The notes under the pieces: model-generated
Seen by the model: only the letters and a program-made list of their open reading frames with translations
Databases searched by the model: none
What the model was told of the DNA's origin: nothing
Program-made: the position numbers and the translations under genes
Origin: an uncultured Gemmatimonadales bacterium
GTDB lineage: Bacteria; Gemmatimonadota; Gemmatimonadetes; Gemmatimonadales; GWC2-71-9
Reading direction: 5' to 3'
NCBI GenBank assembly: GCA_963730185.1
Contig: CAVSQW010000006.1
Location: 128,001-192,000 of the forward strand
Length of the DNA: 64,000 nt
Shown here: positions 38,500-48,283 of the stretch, one piece after another
Layout of the letters: each line of letters starts with the position of its first letter
How positions within the stretch are numbered: the first letter of the stretch is position 1

Positions 38500-40742
38500 T
38501 GGAACCTCCGATGCTGGTGGCCGAGGCCCTGCTCGAGGTCCGCGATCTGCTGGCCGAGGCTCTCAGCCCCGGCGAGCGACGGCCGGCCGCGGCCGTCGCG
38601 GCGAAGATCGCCGAGCTGGCGCTGCCGCCCCGGGCCTCCGATCCCCCGCCCGATTGGCTCCTGCCGGGACAGGTCCGGTCGTACCAGCGCGCCCTCGCGG
38701 CGGTCCGGCGCTTCGGCGGGGCGCTCCTGGCCGATCCGGTCGGCTCGGGCAAGTCGTACGTCGCCCTGGCGGTGGCGCGGCGGTTGGCGGAGGCGCCGGC
38801 CACCGTCGTCGCGCCGGCGATCCTCCTCGACCACTGGCGCGGGGTGGCCGGGCGGCTGGGCCTCCCGGCGTCGGTGACGAGCCACGAGCGGGTGAGCCGG
38901 GGCGAGCCGGCTCCCGGCGCCGGCCCGGTGATCGTCGACGAGAGCCACCGATTTCGTAACCCGGCCACCCGCCGCTACCGGACCCTGGCGCCGAGCCTGA
39001 TCGGACGGCCCACCCTGCTGGTGAGCGCCACCCCGGTGGTGAATCGGATGGACGATCTGGCGCACCAGCTCCTGCTGGCCGTCCCGGACGACGCGCTCCG
39101 GCTTCTCGGGGTGCCCTCGCTCCGGCGGGCGCTCGGTCGCGGCGACGGGCCACCCGCCCTCGCCAACCTGCTGGTGACCGACCGGCGGGCCCGCCGCGGA
39201 TTGCCCGACCGCCGCGAGCTGGTGATCGAAGGCTGGGAGCGGGACGACGACGATCTCGCCCGGGCCGGACGCCTGGTGGCGCGGCTTCGTCTCTCCCGCG
39301 ATCCGGGGGTGGCGTCGTTGATGAAGACCGGCATGCTTCGAGCCCTGGCGTCGAGTCCCGCCGCGCTGCTCGGGGTCACCCGCCGCTACGCCCTCCTGCT
39401 CCACCACGCTCGGGCCGCCCACGCGGCCGGACGGCACTTCGGACGGCACGAGCTTCGCCGGGAAGCCGGCCTCCTGCCAGAGCAGATGGTGATGTGGGAG
39501 CTGCTCGACGACCCCGGCGCGCCGGCGGAGCTGGCCCTGGGCGACGCGGGAGGCCTGGACCGGCTCGAACGGCACCTGCGGGCCTGGATCGAGCGGGGCG
39601 ACCGGAAAACGGCGCTGCTGCGCGACCTGGTGGCGGACCGGCGACCGACGCTGGTGTTCACCGGATGGACCGACACGGTCCATCACCTCCGGCGCGCCCT
39701 GCGGTTGAGCGGTGCCGCGTGGATTACCGGCGACCGGGCCGGGGTAGGGGGCTGCCGCTACCCCCGGCGGGCGGTGCTCGGCGCGTTCGACCCGAGGGCG
39801 TCGAGCCCCGGCATCTTTCGGGAGCCGCCCTGGCTCCTGGTGTCGACCGACGTCGCCGCCGAAGGCCTCAACCTCCAACGGGTCGGACGGGTGGTCCACT
39901 ACGACTTGCCCTGGACCTCGGTGCGACTCGAGCAGCGCGACGGCCGGGCGCTCCGCCACGGGTCCGTCCACCCCGACGTGAGCGTGGTCCGGTTCGGACC
40001 ACCGCCGGCGGTCGAGGCCCACCTGGCGATGGCGCGGCGGCTGGCCCGGAAGGCCGCGCTCCCCAGGCAGGTCGGGGTCGGCCGGCAGGTGAGCGGGATC
40101 TGGCGATGGCATCAGGCCCTCGAGGATCGGTGGGGCGACGGGGCGGGGGCCGCGGGGTGGGCTGCGGGCCAGTCCGACGCCGGCCGGGCCGTCGCCGCGT
40201 TCGCCATCGACGACGGCTCCGGAACGCAAGCCGGGCTGGTCCTGGTCCGCCAGCCAGACGGGCGGTGGCGGGAGGATCCGGCCGCCCTCGCGGTGGCACT
40301 CGAGGGCGCTCGAGCGCCGGAAGGGCCCACCGACCGGGCCGCTCCACCCGACCCGGGCGGCGGCTTGCTGCCCGCCATCCGCCAATGGCTCAGGGCGGCC
40401 AACGGGTGGCACTGGCTTCCGACCGATCCCGATCCCGGTCTGGCCGCGGCGCTCAAGGTCGCGCGGGAGCGTTCGGCCCTGGCCCGCCGGGAACGCCGGC
40501 CCACCGAGGCGAACGAGGCCGATCGGGTGCTCGCGTTCCTGGCGCGGGGCCACACCGCGGGCGAGCGGTTGCTCGCCGCCGGCATCGCCTGGGGCGACCC
40601 CATCGCCTGGCGCCGCGCCGCGGTCCTCGGCGAGCGCCTCATGGCCGCGCGGCGCCCGCTCTCCCTCGAGCTGGTCGCGCTGCTCGTGACCGGTCCGGCG
40701 CCGGGCGGGCCGGCCCCGCCCGCTCTCTCCTTGTCAACTTAG
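38499..40742 (+). CDS. SNF2-like/SF2 helicase, translationally coupled to the MTase
   Basis: ADPVGSGKS, VDESH, SATP, STDVAAEGLNLQ, YDLPWTSVRLEQRDGR; TGATG overlap. Confidence 0.85.
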   Translation: MEPPMLVAEALLEVRDLLAEALSPGERRPAAAVAAKIAELALPPRASDPPPDWLLPGQVRSYQRALAAVRRFGGALLADPVGSGKSYVALAVARRLAEAPATVVAPAILLDHWRGVAGRLGLPASVTSHERVSRGEPAPGAGPVIVDESHRFRNPATRRYRTLAPSLIGRPTLLVSATPVVNRMDDLAHQLLLAVPDDALRLLGVPSLRRALGRGDGPPALANLLVTDRRARRGLPDRRELVIEGWERDDDDLARAGRLVARLRLSRDPGVASLMKTGMLRALASSPAALLGVTRRYALLLHHARAAHAAGRHFGRHELRREAGLLPEQMVMWELLDDPGAPAELALGDAGGLDRLERHLRAWIERGDRKTALLRDLVADRRPTLVFTGWTDTVHHLRRALRLSGAAWITGDRAGVGGCRYPRRAVLGAFDPRASSPGIFREPPWLLVSTDVAAEGLNLQRVGRVVHYDLPWTSVRLEQRDGRALRHGSVHPDVSVVRFGPPPAVEAHLAMARRLARKAALPRQVGVGRQVSGIWRWHQALEDRWGDGAGAAGWAAGQSDAGRAVAAFAIDDGSGTQAGLVLVRQPDGRWREDPAALAVALEGARAPEGPTDRAAPPDPGGGLLPAIRQWLRAANGWHWLPTDPDPGLAAALKVARERSALARRERRPTEANEADRVLAFLARGHTAGERLLAAGIAWGDPIAWRRAAVLGERLMAARRPLSLELVALLVTGPAPGGPAPPALSLST

Positions 40743-40780
40743 GAGAGCCGATCTAGCTTCTCCTAGTCTCGTTAGGAGAG
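40731..40780 (+). promoter_or_regulatory. PadR promoter/operator
   Basis: TTGTCA-17-TAGCTT; TTAGGAGAG twice; inverted repeat TCTCCTA-N7-TAGGAGA. Confidence 0.62.
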
Positions 40781-40784
40781 CGCC

Positions 40785-41126
40785 ATGTCCGGTCCCGCCG
40801 ACCTCCTCCCCGGCACCCTCGACCTTCTCATCCTGAAGGCCGTCTCGCTCGGCCCGCTGCACGGGTATGGAATCCTGCTCCGGATCGGACAGATCTCGGG
40901 CGAGCGGTTCCAGATCGAGCAGGGCGCCCTCTACCCCGCCCTGTACCGGCTGGTGCACCACGGCTTTCTCGAGAGCGAGTGGGGCACCTCGGACAACAAC
41001 CGGCGGGCGCGGTTCTACCGGCTGACCGTGGCCGGGCGGCGGCGGTTCAAGGCCGAGACGGAGGGATGGGAACGCCTGGTGGCCGCGATGACGGCGGTGC
41101 TCTCGACCCGCCCCGGGGAGGTGTAG
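40785..41126 (+). CDS. PadR family regulator
   Basis: GTLDLLILK, HGYGI, GALYPALYRL, NNRRARFYRLT. Confidence 0.95.
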   Translation: MSGPADLLPGTLDLLILKAVSLGPLHGYGILLRIGQISGERFQIEQGALYPALYRLVHHGFLESEWGTSDNNRRARFYRLTVAGRRRFKAETEGWERLVAAMTAVLSTRPGEV

Positions 41127-41127
41127 G

Positions 41128-43776
41128 ATGCCGGCCCGGCTTCGGACCTGGCTCCGCGCCGTCTTCCGGCGGGGTGAGTGGGAGCGCGACCTCGCGGAGG
41201 AGCTGGCGTCGCACGTGGCGCTGAGAGCGGCCGACCTGGTGAGGGGCGGGATGGAGCCCGACCGGGCCGAGCGTCAGGCCCGGCTCGAGCTGGGCGCGCG
41301 GGAGGCTCACCGGGAGAGCGCCCGCCAGAGCTTCGGTCTCCGGTGGATCGACGAGCTGATCCAGGACCTCCGCTATGCCGGACGCACGCTCCGGCGGAGT
41401 CCGCTGCTGGTGGCGGTCGCGACGCTCTCGCTCGGTCTCGGCATCGGCGCCAACACCGTCGCCTTCAGCGTCCTCAACGCCCTGATCCTCCGCCGGCCAC
41501 CGGTGGCGGAGGCGGACCGGCTCCGGTTCTTCGACACCAATCGCGGGCCGACCCTGTCGTTCCCCGACTATCGCGACCTCCGGGACGAGAACCGGACCTT
41601 CGACGGGCTGGCGGCGTTCCGTCCCGCGCCGATGGGACTCGGGACCGCGGGCGCCACTCGCCGGGTTTGGGGAATGATCGTCACCGGGAACTACTTCACG
41701 CTGCTGGGCGTCGAGCCGGCGCTCGGCCGCTTCTTTCGGACCGACGACGATCGGGCTCCGGGGGCCAACCCGGTCGCGGTGCTGTCGCACGAGGCGTGGC
41801 GGACTCGGTTCGGGGCCGATTCCGCGATCGTGGGGCGGACGGTGCGGATCAACGACCTCGCGTTTCAGGTGCTCGGGGTGGCCCCGCCAGGCTTCTTCGG
41901 CACGGAGTTCATCTACCGGCCGGAGCTCTGGGTCCCGATGTCGATGCAGCCCCAGATCGAAGGGTGGTCGTGGCTGGACGAGCGGCCCACGCAGAACGCG
42001 ATGGTGGTAGGCCGGCTGGCGGCGGGGGTGTCCGCGGATCGGGCCGAAGCCGACGTCAACCGCATCCTGGCCGACGTGGGCAAACGGTTTCCGGCGACGA
42101 GCGCGGGGGTGAGGGCCCACCTGACCCAACCCGGCTTGGTCGGCGACGCCGGCCGGGGCCCGGCCCGGGCCTTTCTGAGCGGGGTGATGGCCCTGGCCCT
42201 GGTGGTCCTGCTGGCGGCGATCGTCAACCTGACCAGCCTCATCGCCGCGCGGACCCGGGAGCGGTCGCGCGAGATTGCCCTTCGGGTGTCGATCGGCGCC
42301 GGCCGGGGGCGGGTGCTCCGGCAGCTGACGACCGAAACCCTCCTGCTCTCGCTGATCGGCGCGGGGCTCGGCTGGGTCGGCGCCCGCGCCATTCTGGGGG
42401 CGCTCTCTCGCTGGGAGCTCCCGATCGGAATCCCGCTCCGGGTCGCGGTGGAGCCCGACGGGCGGGTGTTCGGATTCGCCCTCCTGGTGACGGTCGCGAT
42501 CGGTCTGGTCGTCGGCGCGGCGTCGGCGCGGCAGGCCTGGGGGGTGGACCTGGTGGGCACCCTCAAGAACGAGCCCGGCGCGAGGCGGGTCCGCCGGGGG
42601 CTCGGACGGGAGGCCCTGCTCGGCCTCCAGGTGGCGATGGCGACGGTGTTGCTCACCGCGACCGCCGCCTCGATCCGCGGGCTGACCGCGGCCCTCCGGA
42701 TGCCGATCGGGTTCGAGCGCCGAGGCCTGGCCGTGGCCGGGTTCGACCAGGCGCTGGAGCCCAAGTCCCGAGAGGAGATGCAGGCCTTTCAGCGCCGGGT
42801 GATCGATCAGGTAGCGAGGCTCCCCGGGGTGACCTCGGCGGCGCTCGCGGCCGCCTTGCCACTCACCTACGACCACTCCCGGACGTCGGTCTTCCCGGAC
42901 GGCACCGCCGATTTCCGAGCGTCGAGCGCCATCACGGCGACCGACCTCCGGGTGTCGCCCGGCTACTTCGAGACCCTGCGCACCCCGATCGTCGCGGGAC
43001 GCGCGTTCACGTGGCACGACGACCAGGAGGCGCCACTGGTCGCGGTCGTCAACCGCGCGTTCGGCCGGCAGGTGTTCGGCGAAACGCACGACGACGGCCT
43101 CCTCGGCCGGCGGTACCGATGGACGCGCGACGGGCCAGCGGTGCTGATCGTGGGCGTGGTGCCCGACGGGAAGTACACCACCCTGACCGAGGATCCGCGA
43201 CCGGCCGTCTTCCGTCCATTGACCCAGGCCGCCAACTCGACCGCCCTGGTGGTGGCCCGGAGCTCGGCGCCGGTCGCCGCCACGGCCGAGCTCCTCCGAG
43301 AGACCCTGACCCGGCTCGACCCGCACGTGCCGCTCTTCGCCGTGGGGAGCGTCGACCAGCTGACCGAGATCGCCTTCCTGCCGTCGCAGGTGGCCAGCTG
43401 GGCCTTGGGGGCGTTCGGACTGCTGGCCGTGATGCTCGCCGTCACCGGGATCTATGGCACGGCGGCCTACGTGGTGAGCCGCCGGGCCCGCGAGATCGGG
43501 GTCCGGGTGGCCCTCGGCGCGCGACCGGTCCAGGTGCTCCGGTTCACGCTGGGGCGAACGGCGCTGGTCCTGCTGGCCGGCTCGCTCGCCGGCCTGGCGC
43601 TCGCCGCGGCGGCCGCCCGCCTCCTGGAGAGCGTGGTGTACCAGGCCTCGGCCCGAGACCCCTGGGTGCTGCTGCTGGCCGCGGTCGCCATGGCGGTGGT
43701 GGGACTCCTGGCGGCGCTGTCGCCGGCCCTTCGAGCGCTCTCGCTCGATCCGTTGAAGGTGCTCCGGGCGGAATAG
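41128..43776 (+). CDS. ADOP-type duplicated ABC permease
   Basis: QDLRYAGRTLRRSP, LGLGIGANT, REIALRVSIGA, REIGVRVALGA, DPLKVLRAE. Confidence 0.92.
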   Translation: MPARLRTWLRAVFRRGEWERDLAEELASHVALRAADLVRGGMEPDRAERQARLELGAREAHRESARQSFGLRWIDELIQDLRYAGRTLRRSPLLVAVATLSLGLGIGANTVAFSVLNALILRRPPVAEADRLRFFDTNRGPTLSFPDYRDLRDENRTFDGLAAFRPAPMGLGTAGATRRVWGMIVTGNYFTLLGVEPALGRFFRTDDDRAPGANPVAVLSHEAWRTRFGADSAIVGRTVRINDLAFQVLGVAPPGFFGTEFIYRPELWVPMSMQPQIEGWSWLDERPTQNAMVVGRLAAGVSADRAEADVNRILADVGKRFPATSAGVRAHLTQPGLVGDAGRGPARAFLSGVMALALVVLLAAIVNLTSLIAARTRERSREIALRVSIGAGRGRVLRQLTTETLLLSLIGAGLGWVGARAILGALSRWELPIGIPLRVAVEPDGRVFGFALLVTVAIGLVVGAASARQAWGVDLVGTLKNEPGARRVRRGLGREALLGLQVAMATVLLTATAASIRGLTAALRMPIGFERRGLAVAGFDQALEPKSREEMQAFQRRVIDQVARLPGVTSAALAAALPLTYDHSRTSVFPDGTADFRASSAITATDLRVSPGYFETLRTPIVAGRAFTWHDDQEAPLVAVVNRAFGRQVFGETHDDGLLGRRYRWTRDGPAVLIVGVVPDGKYTTLTEDPRPAVFRPLTQAANSTALVVARSSAPVAATAELLRETLTRLDPHVPLFAVGSVDQLTEIAFLPSQVASWALGAFGLLAVMLAVTGIYGTAAYVVSRRAREIGVRVALGARPVQVLRFTLGRTALVLLAGSLAGLALAAAAARLLESVVYQASARDPWVLLLAAVAMAVVGLLAALSPALRALSLDPLKVLRAE

Positions 43777-43792
43777 GGCCGGGGCGAAGCGC

Positions 43793-46426
43793 TCACTCCG
43801 AGGCGATGGCTTCGAGCGGCCGGATCCGGGCCGCCCGGAGCCCCGGCAGCCAGCAGGCGAGGAGCGCGGTCGCGCCGAGCACGACCACCACCCCCACCAG
43901 GGTGCCGGGATCCGTGGGGGCGACGCCATAGAGCAGCGTGCCAAGCCACCGGGCCACCAGGAGCGAAAGGGCCAGCCCGATCGCGGTGCCGCCCGCGGCA
44001 TAGCGCATTCCCCGCCTCACCACCATCCACCGAACGGCCGCCGGATCGGCGCCGAGCGCGATCCGGACGCCGATCTCCCGCCGCTCCCGGCGGACGGCGT
44101 ACGACATCAGACCGAAGATGCCGACCGCCGCGAGGAAGAGCGCCAGCGAAGCGAACGCGGCGACGACCCCGGTTCGGCGAAGGGGATCGGCGAGCGAGGC
44201 CTCGAGCCGGTCGGCGAGCACGGTCTCGGTTCCGGCCAGCTCCGGGTCGAGCCCGGCCAACCGATCGCGCACGACCCGAGTGGTCGCCCCGACGTCGCCA
44301 CCTCGGACCACCAGGTAGGCCTGCCGGGCGGGATACTGGGTCAGCGGGACGTACACCGCGTCGCCTTCGCCCCCGAGTCCGAGGTACTTCACGTCGCCCA
44401 CGACGCCCACGACGGTGGTCGGGGGACAGGTCCGGCACCCTCCCTCGAAGAGCTCGCGCCCGAGGACCCGCTCGCCCGGGAAATACCGATCGGCCCAGGC
44501 CCGGCTCACCACGGCCACCGGGCGTGCGGCGCCGCTGTCGGCCGGGGTGAACAGGCGGCCCTCCACCAGGGGAATGGCCAGCGCCGCGAAGTAGCCGTCC
44601 GTCACGGCGGCCCAGGGCGCCGTCGGCTGGGCCGCGCCCTCGGGCACGGGCTTGTCGCGGAGATCGAAGTTGTTGGTGGAGTTGCCCTGATCGTCGGGCG
44701 GGAGGGTGGTCGCGATCCCGGCCGACACGACGCCGGGCGCCGCGCCGATCCGCTCGACCGTCCGGCGCCAGAAGGCCTGGACCTCGTCGTAACCCGGGTA
44801 CCGGGAGGCCGGCAATGCCACGGCCACGCCCACCACGCCGGTCGGGTCGACCCCGGGGTCGACCCGCTGCAGCCCGAGGAAGGTGCGGAGCAGCAGGCCG
44901 GCCCCCACCAGGAGCGGGAGCGCCAGCGCGAACTCGGCCACGACGAAGGCACCGCGGATCGCCTGGCTCCGCCGGGAGGCACCGCTCCGGCGAAGGTCGC
45001 CGGCCCGCGGCACCCCGGCAAGGCCCGCCAGCACGGCGGACACCGGCGACACCGCCACCAGGATTCCGGCGGCGAGCCAGGCGCCGACCGCGAACAGCAG
45101 GGTCGACCCGCCGAGGGCCGCGCCCTCGATCCGGGGGAGGGCGGGCGCGACCACCGGAGCCAGACCGATTCCGAGCCGGGCAAACGCCAGCCCCACCAGC
45201 CCAGCCGCCGCCGCCAGCACCAGGCACTCCACCAGCACCAGCCGAGCCAGCCGAAGCCGGCCCGCGCCGACCGCGGCGCGGAGCGCCAGCTCCGACTCCC
45301 GGGCCGACGCCCGCACCAGCATCAGGGTGGCGACGTTGGCCACCGCGATCAGCAGCAGCAGCGCGACCGCGCCGCCGAACAGCTCGACCTGCCTGGGCGC
45401 GCCGCCCACGATCGCGTCGAGCAGCGGCACCGGCGTCAAGCGGGCCTCGGCGTCCTGGAAGCTCGACTGCCAGACCGGGAAGATCGTTCGGCTGATCCGG
45501 TCCAGGTCGGCCCGGGCGGCCGCGAGGGTCACTCCCGGCGCCAGCCGGGCGATGCCCTGAGTCCAGAACGGACCCCGCCGGGTCGGAGGGCGGAGCTCGA
45601 GCCCGGTCCAGGCATCGGCCCGGAAGCCCGCCAACCGGTCCACCCCGGGCGGAAGGACGCCGACCACCACGTGGCTCACGCCGTCGAGCGTCACCGACCG
45701 CCCGATCGCCGCGCGCGGGGTCGGTCCCAGCCGGCGGGCCAGGTCGTGGGAGAGCACCGCCACCCGGGGCGCGTCGGAGCGATCGTCGCTCGGCGCCACC
45801 ACCCGGCCCGCGACCGGCGTCACGCCGAGTGCCTGGAAGAAGCCGGAGGTCGCGCGGCCCACCATGATCTGCTCCGGCGCACCGCCCAGACCGGAGAGAG
45901 CCATCCCGGTCCGCGAGACGGCGCCGAACGCGGCCAGGCTCCGCTGATCGGCGGCGATGGCCTCGACGTCGACGGTCGACAGGTTCCAGAGGTTGGTGGG
46001 CGAGTTCTTCTCGTAGATCCGGACCAGGCGGTCCGGGTCCGGATACGGCAGCTTCGCGAAGAGCACCGCGTCGGCCACGGCGTAGACCGCCGTGGCGGCG
46101 CCCAGACCGAGGCCGAGCACCAGCACGGCCGCGGCGGTAAAGCCGGGGCTCCGCCGGAGGGCCCGGACCGCGTACCGCACGTCACCCATCAAGTCCTGGA
46201 GCGGACCGACTCCCCGTGCCTCTCGGACCTCCTCCTTGGTGGACTCGACCCCGCCCAGGACCAGAATGGCCTCCCGGCGGGCCTGCACCGGATCGGCGCC
46301 GCGGCGGACCCGCTCCTCCACCTCTCGCTCGAGGTGGAAGCGAAGCTCCTCGTCCAGCTCCCGCTCTTCCCGGTCGCCCCGGAGCAGGGCTCGAAGGCGG
46401 ACCAGCAGATCGCTCCACCCGATCAC
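43793..46426 (-). CDS. ADOP-type duplicated ABC permease
   Basis: ELDEELRFHLE, DVRYAVRALRRSPGF, REIGVRIALGA, two FtsX modules. Confidence 0.92.
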   Translation of the reverse strand: MIGWSDLLVRLRALLRGDREERELDEELRFHLEREVEERVRRGADPVQARREAILVLGGVESTKEEVREARGVGPLQDLMGDVRYAVRALRRSPGFTAAAVLVLGLGLGAATAVYAVADAVLFAKLPYPDPDRLVRIYEKNSPTNLWNLSTVDVEAIAADQRSLAAFGAVSRTGMALSGLGGAPEQIMVGRATSGFFQALGVTPVAGRVVAPSDDRSDAPRVAVLSHDLARRLGPTPRAAIGRSVTLDGVSHVVVGVLPPGVDRLAGFRADAWTGLELRPPTRRGPFWTQGIARLAPGVTLAAARADLDRISRTIFPVWQSSFQDAEARLTPVPLLDAIVGGAPRQVELFGGAVALLLLIAVANVATLMLVRASARESELALRAAVGAGRLRLARLVLVECLVLAAAAGLVGLAFARLGIGLAPVVAPALPRIEGAALGGSTLLFAVGAWLAAGILVAVSPVSAVLAGLAGVPRAGDLRRSGASRRSQAIRGAFVVAEFALALPLLVGAGLLLRTFLGLQRVDPGVDPTGVVGVAVALPASRYPGYDEVQAFWRRTVERIGAAPGVVSAGIATTLPPDDQGNSTNNFDLRDKPVPEGAAQPTAPWAAVTDGYFAALAIPLVEGRLFTPADSGAARPVAVVSRAWADRYFPGERVLGRELFEGGCRTCPPTTVVGVVGDVKYLGLGGEGDAVYVPLTQYPARQAYLVVRGGDVGATTRVVRDRLAGLDPELAGTETVLADRLEASLADPLRRTGVVAAFASLALFLAAVGIFGLMSYAVRRERREIGVRIALGADPAAVRWMVVRRGMRYAAGGTAIGLALSLLVARWLGTLLYGVAPTDPGTLVGVVVVLGATALLACWLPGLRAARIRPLEAIASE

Positions 46427-46770
46427 GACCCGACCTCCAGCGACCGACTGGCGAGAATCCCGTTCACCGCCCCGGCGGCGCGCTGCCAGCTCGCGACCCG
46501 GGCCTCCAGCTCGCGGCGGCCCTTGGCGGTGAGCTCGTAGTACCGAGCCCGGCGGCCGTTCTCGGTGATCCGCCACTCGGAGCGGATCCATCCCTTCCGG
46601 AGCATCCGCATCAAGGCGGGGTAGACGGAGCCCTGGGGGACCTGGAACACGTCCTTCGAGAGCTGGCCGATCCGCTGGCCCACACCCCAACCGTGCAGCG
46701 GGGCCAGGGAGAGGGCCTTGAGGATCAGCATTTCCAGAGTGCCCTGGAGCAGGTCGGCGGATTCGCCCAT
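46423..46770 (-). CDS. PadR family regulator
   Basis: LLQGTLEMLILK, GSVYPAL, ENGRRARYYELT. Confidence 0.95.
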   Translation of the reverse strand: MGESADLLQGTLEMLILKALSLAPLHGWGVGQRIGQLSKDVFQVPQGSVYPALMRMLRKGWIRSEWRITENGRRARYYELTAKGRRELEARVASWQRAAGAVNGILASRSLEVGS

Positions 46771-46775
46771 CGTCG

Positions 46776-46826
46776 CTCTCTTCTAGATGGTCTGTAGGAA
46801 GATACGCCTCTCTTCTAGAGGTGCAA
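46776..46826 (-). promoter_or_regulatory. PadR promoter/operator
   Basis: TTGCAC-16-TATCTT; 12-bp direct repeat CTCTCTTCTAGA at 46776 and 46808. Confidence 0.62.
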
Positions 46827-46945
46827 GGGGTGGAACATAGGGAATAGGGAGTGGTGAATCGGGAGTGGGGAGTGACTTGGGACTTGGCATTAGGAGGCCA
46901 GCTCGGCGCGGAGGGCGGCGGCGCCCGGCGGTGGGATGCGGGGTG

Positions 46946-48169
46946 TTAGCGCGCCACCTGGAGCCGGGCCGCCAGGAAGTTCTCCGGCGCCCGGTCTCCG
47001 TCGGGCGCGCCGCCCTCGAACGTGGTGTGCTCGTACTCGATCATCAGCTTGGTCCGCCGGGCAAAGTACCAGTTGACACCGACCCCGACGCCGCGGGCTC
47101 GTCGAGCCGAGAGGGCGGGGTCGACGAACGCCGGGAAGGCGTCGGGGTCGGCGTCGACGCCTTCGACCCGGGCCGCGAGCTCCACGGCGCCCCAGTGATG
47201 GCGCTCGGGGTCGAGCTCGTGCTTGGGCGAGATCGTCCCGAACCCGGCGTGCTCGCCGGTGAGGAAGAACGATCCGGCCACCTGCCAGGCCGTGCTGGTG
47301 AAGGTGCCGGTCGACTGGCCCAGGCGGAGCGCATGCCGGCTCTGGGCGTACTCCGCCATCACGCCGAACGAGCCGCGGTAGAAGTAGGCCTGCGGGTCGA
47401 GCCGGCTCCGCCGCCCGTCGGCGATGACGGTCCCGCCCGGGAGGCCGGCCCGGTACTCGAGAATGGTCGCCTGACCCGGCGACCGCAGGGTCGAGGTCTC
47501 CGGCAGCTCGGGCGTGCCGTGCTCGGTCCCGGTGCTGGCGCCGACCCCGAAGCCGAGGTCGACCGGCGGGTGATCGCCCCGGCCGGCGAACGGGGTGATG
47601 AACACCCGGCCCACCAGGTCCTTGGCCGAGCTGGCGTCCTCGTTGCTGGTGCCGTAGTCCGGCACGCCGTTGAAGACCCCGACGTCGTAGGTCACCGTCC
47701 GACCGAACAGCTGGCCGCCGACGTTGATACCCAGGTCGCGCGCCTCAAGCAGGTACGCCGGGAGGCCGCGCTCGATCAAATGCAGGTCGGCCGACTTCAG
47801 GCTCGGCTCGAGCCCGACTCTTGGCTTGGTCTTCCCGACCAGAACGTTCAGCCCCTGGTGGAGCCGAACCTCGATGAACGCTTGCGCCAGCGAGGCGGTG
47901 CCACGGCTGATATCCGGCACCACCAGGAAGGTGAAGTACCGCGCGACCGTTCCCTCGACCGCGACCCGCGCCCGCCGGATCAGATAGCTCGACGCCGGGG
48001 CGTCCGGGCCCGAGGCGGGGTAGAAGCGGGCATCGGTCTGGAGGTAGCCCTCCACGTGGATCTCGGGCTGTTGGGCCGCGAGCGGCGTCGCTGCACCCAC
48101 CAGAGCGAGGAGGCCGGTCAGCGAGATCGAGAGACGCAGGGGTCCTTGGACACCTGGAAGTTGCGGCAT
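46946..48169 (-). CDS. OprO/OprP-family phosphate-selective porin
   Basis: IRRARV.VEGT, GKTKPRVGLE, GAVELAAR, GVNWY, RLQV C-terminus. Confidence 0.85.
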   Translation of the reverse strand: MPQLPGVQGPLRLSISLTGLLALVGAATPLAAQQPEIHVEGYLQTDARFYPASGPDAPASSYLIRRARVAVEGTVARYFTFLVVPDISRGTASLAQAFIEVRLHQGLNVLVGKTKPRVGLEPSLKSADLHLIERGLPAYLLEARDLGINVGGQLFGRTVTYDVGVFNGVPDYGTSNEDASSAKDLVGRVFITPFAGRGDHPPVDLGFGVGASTGTEHGTPELPETSTLRSPGQATILEYRAGLPGGTVIADGRRSRLDPQAYFYRGSFGVMAEYAQSRHALRLGQSTGTFTSTAWQVAGSFFLTGEHAGFGTISPKHELDPERHHWGAVELAARVEGVDADPDAFPAFVDPALSARRARGVGVGVNWYFARRTKLMIEYEHTTFEGGAPDGDRAPENFLAARLQVAR

Positions 48170-48283
48170 CGAAGCGGAGCTGAGAGGGATGAGTGGTTCG
48201 GGTCGTCGAAGATAGTCGAGGCCGGGCGCCCGAGGCCAACCCGATCGTTCTCCGCCGGGCCTCGCCCCGCTAGGTTGGGTGCC

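Noticed and set aside
35503..40742. Complete DISARM or BREX system
   Set aside because: No drmA/B/C, pglZ or brxC genes are adjacent
41047..44001. Long antisense or alternate-frame ORFs (also 51685-55161, 35482-37656 and others)
   Set aside because: Arg/Pro/Gly-rich shadow frames expected in high-GC DNA over well-supported genes
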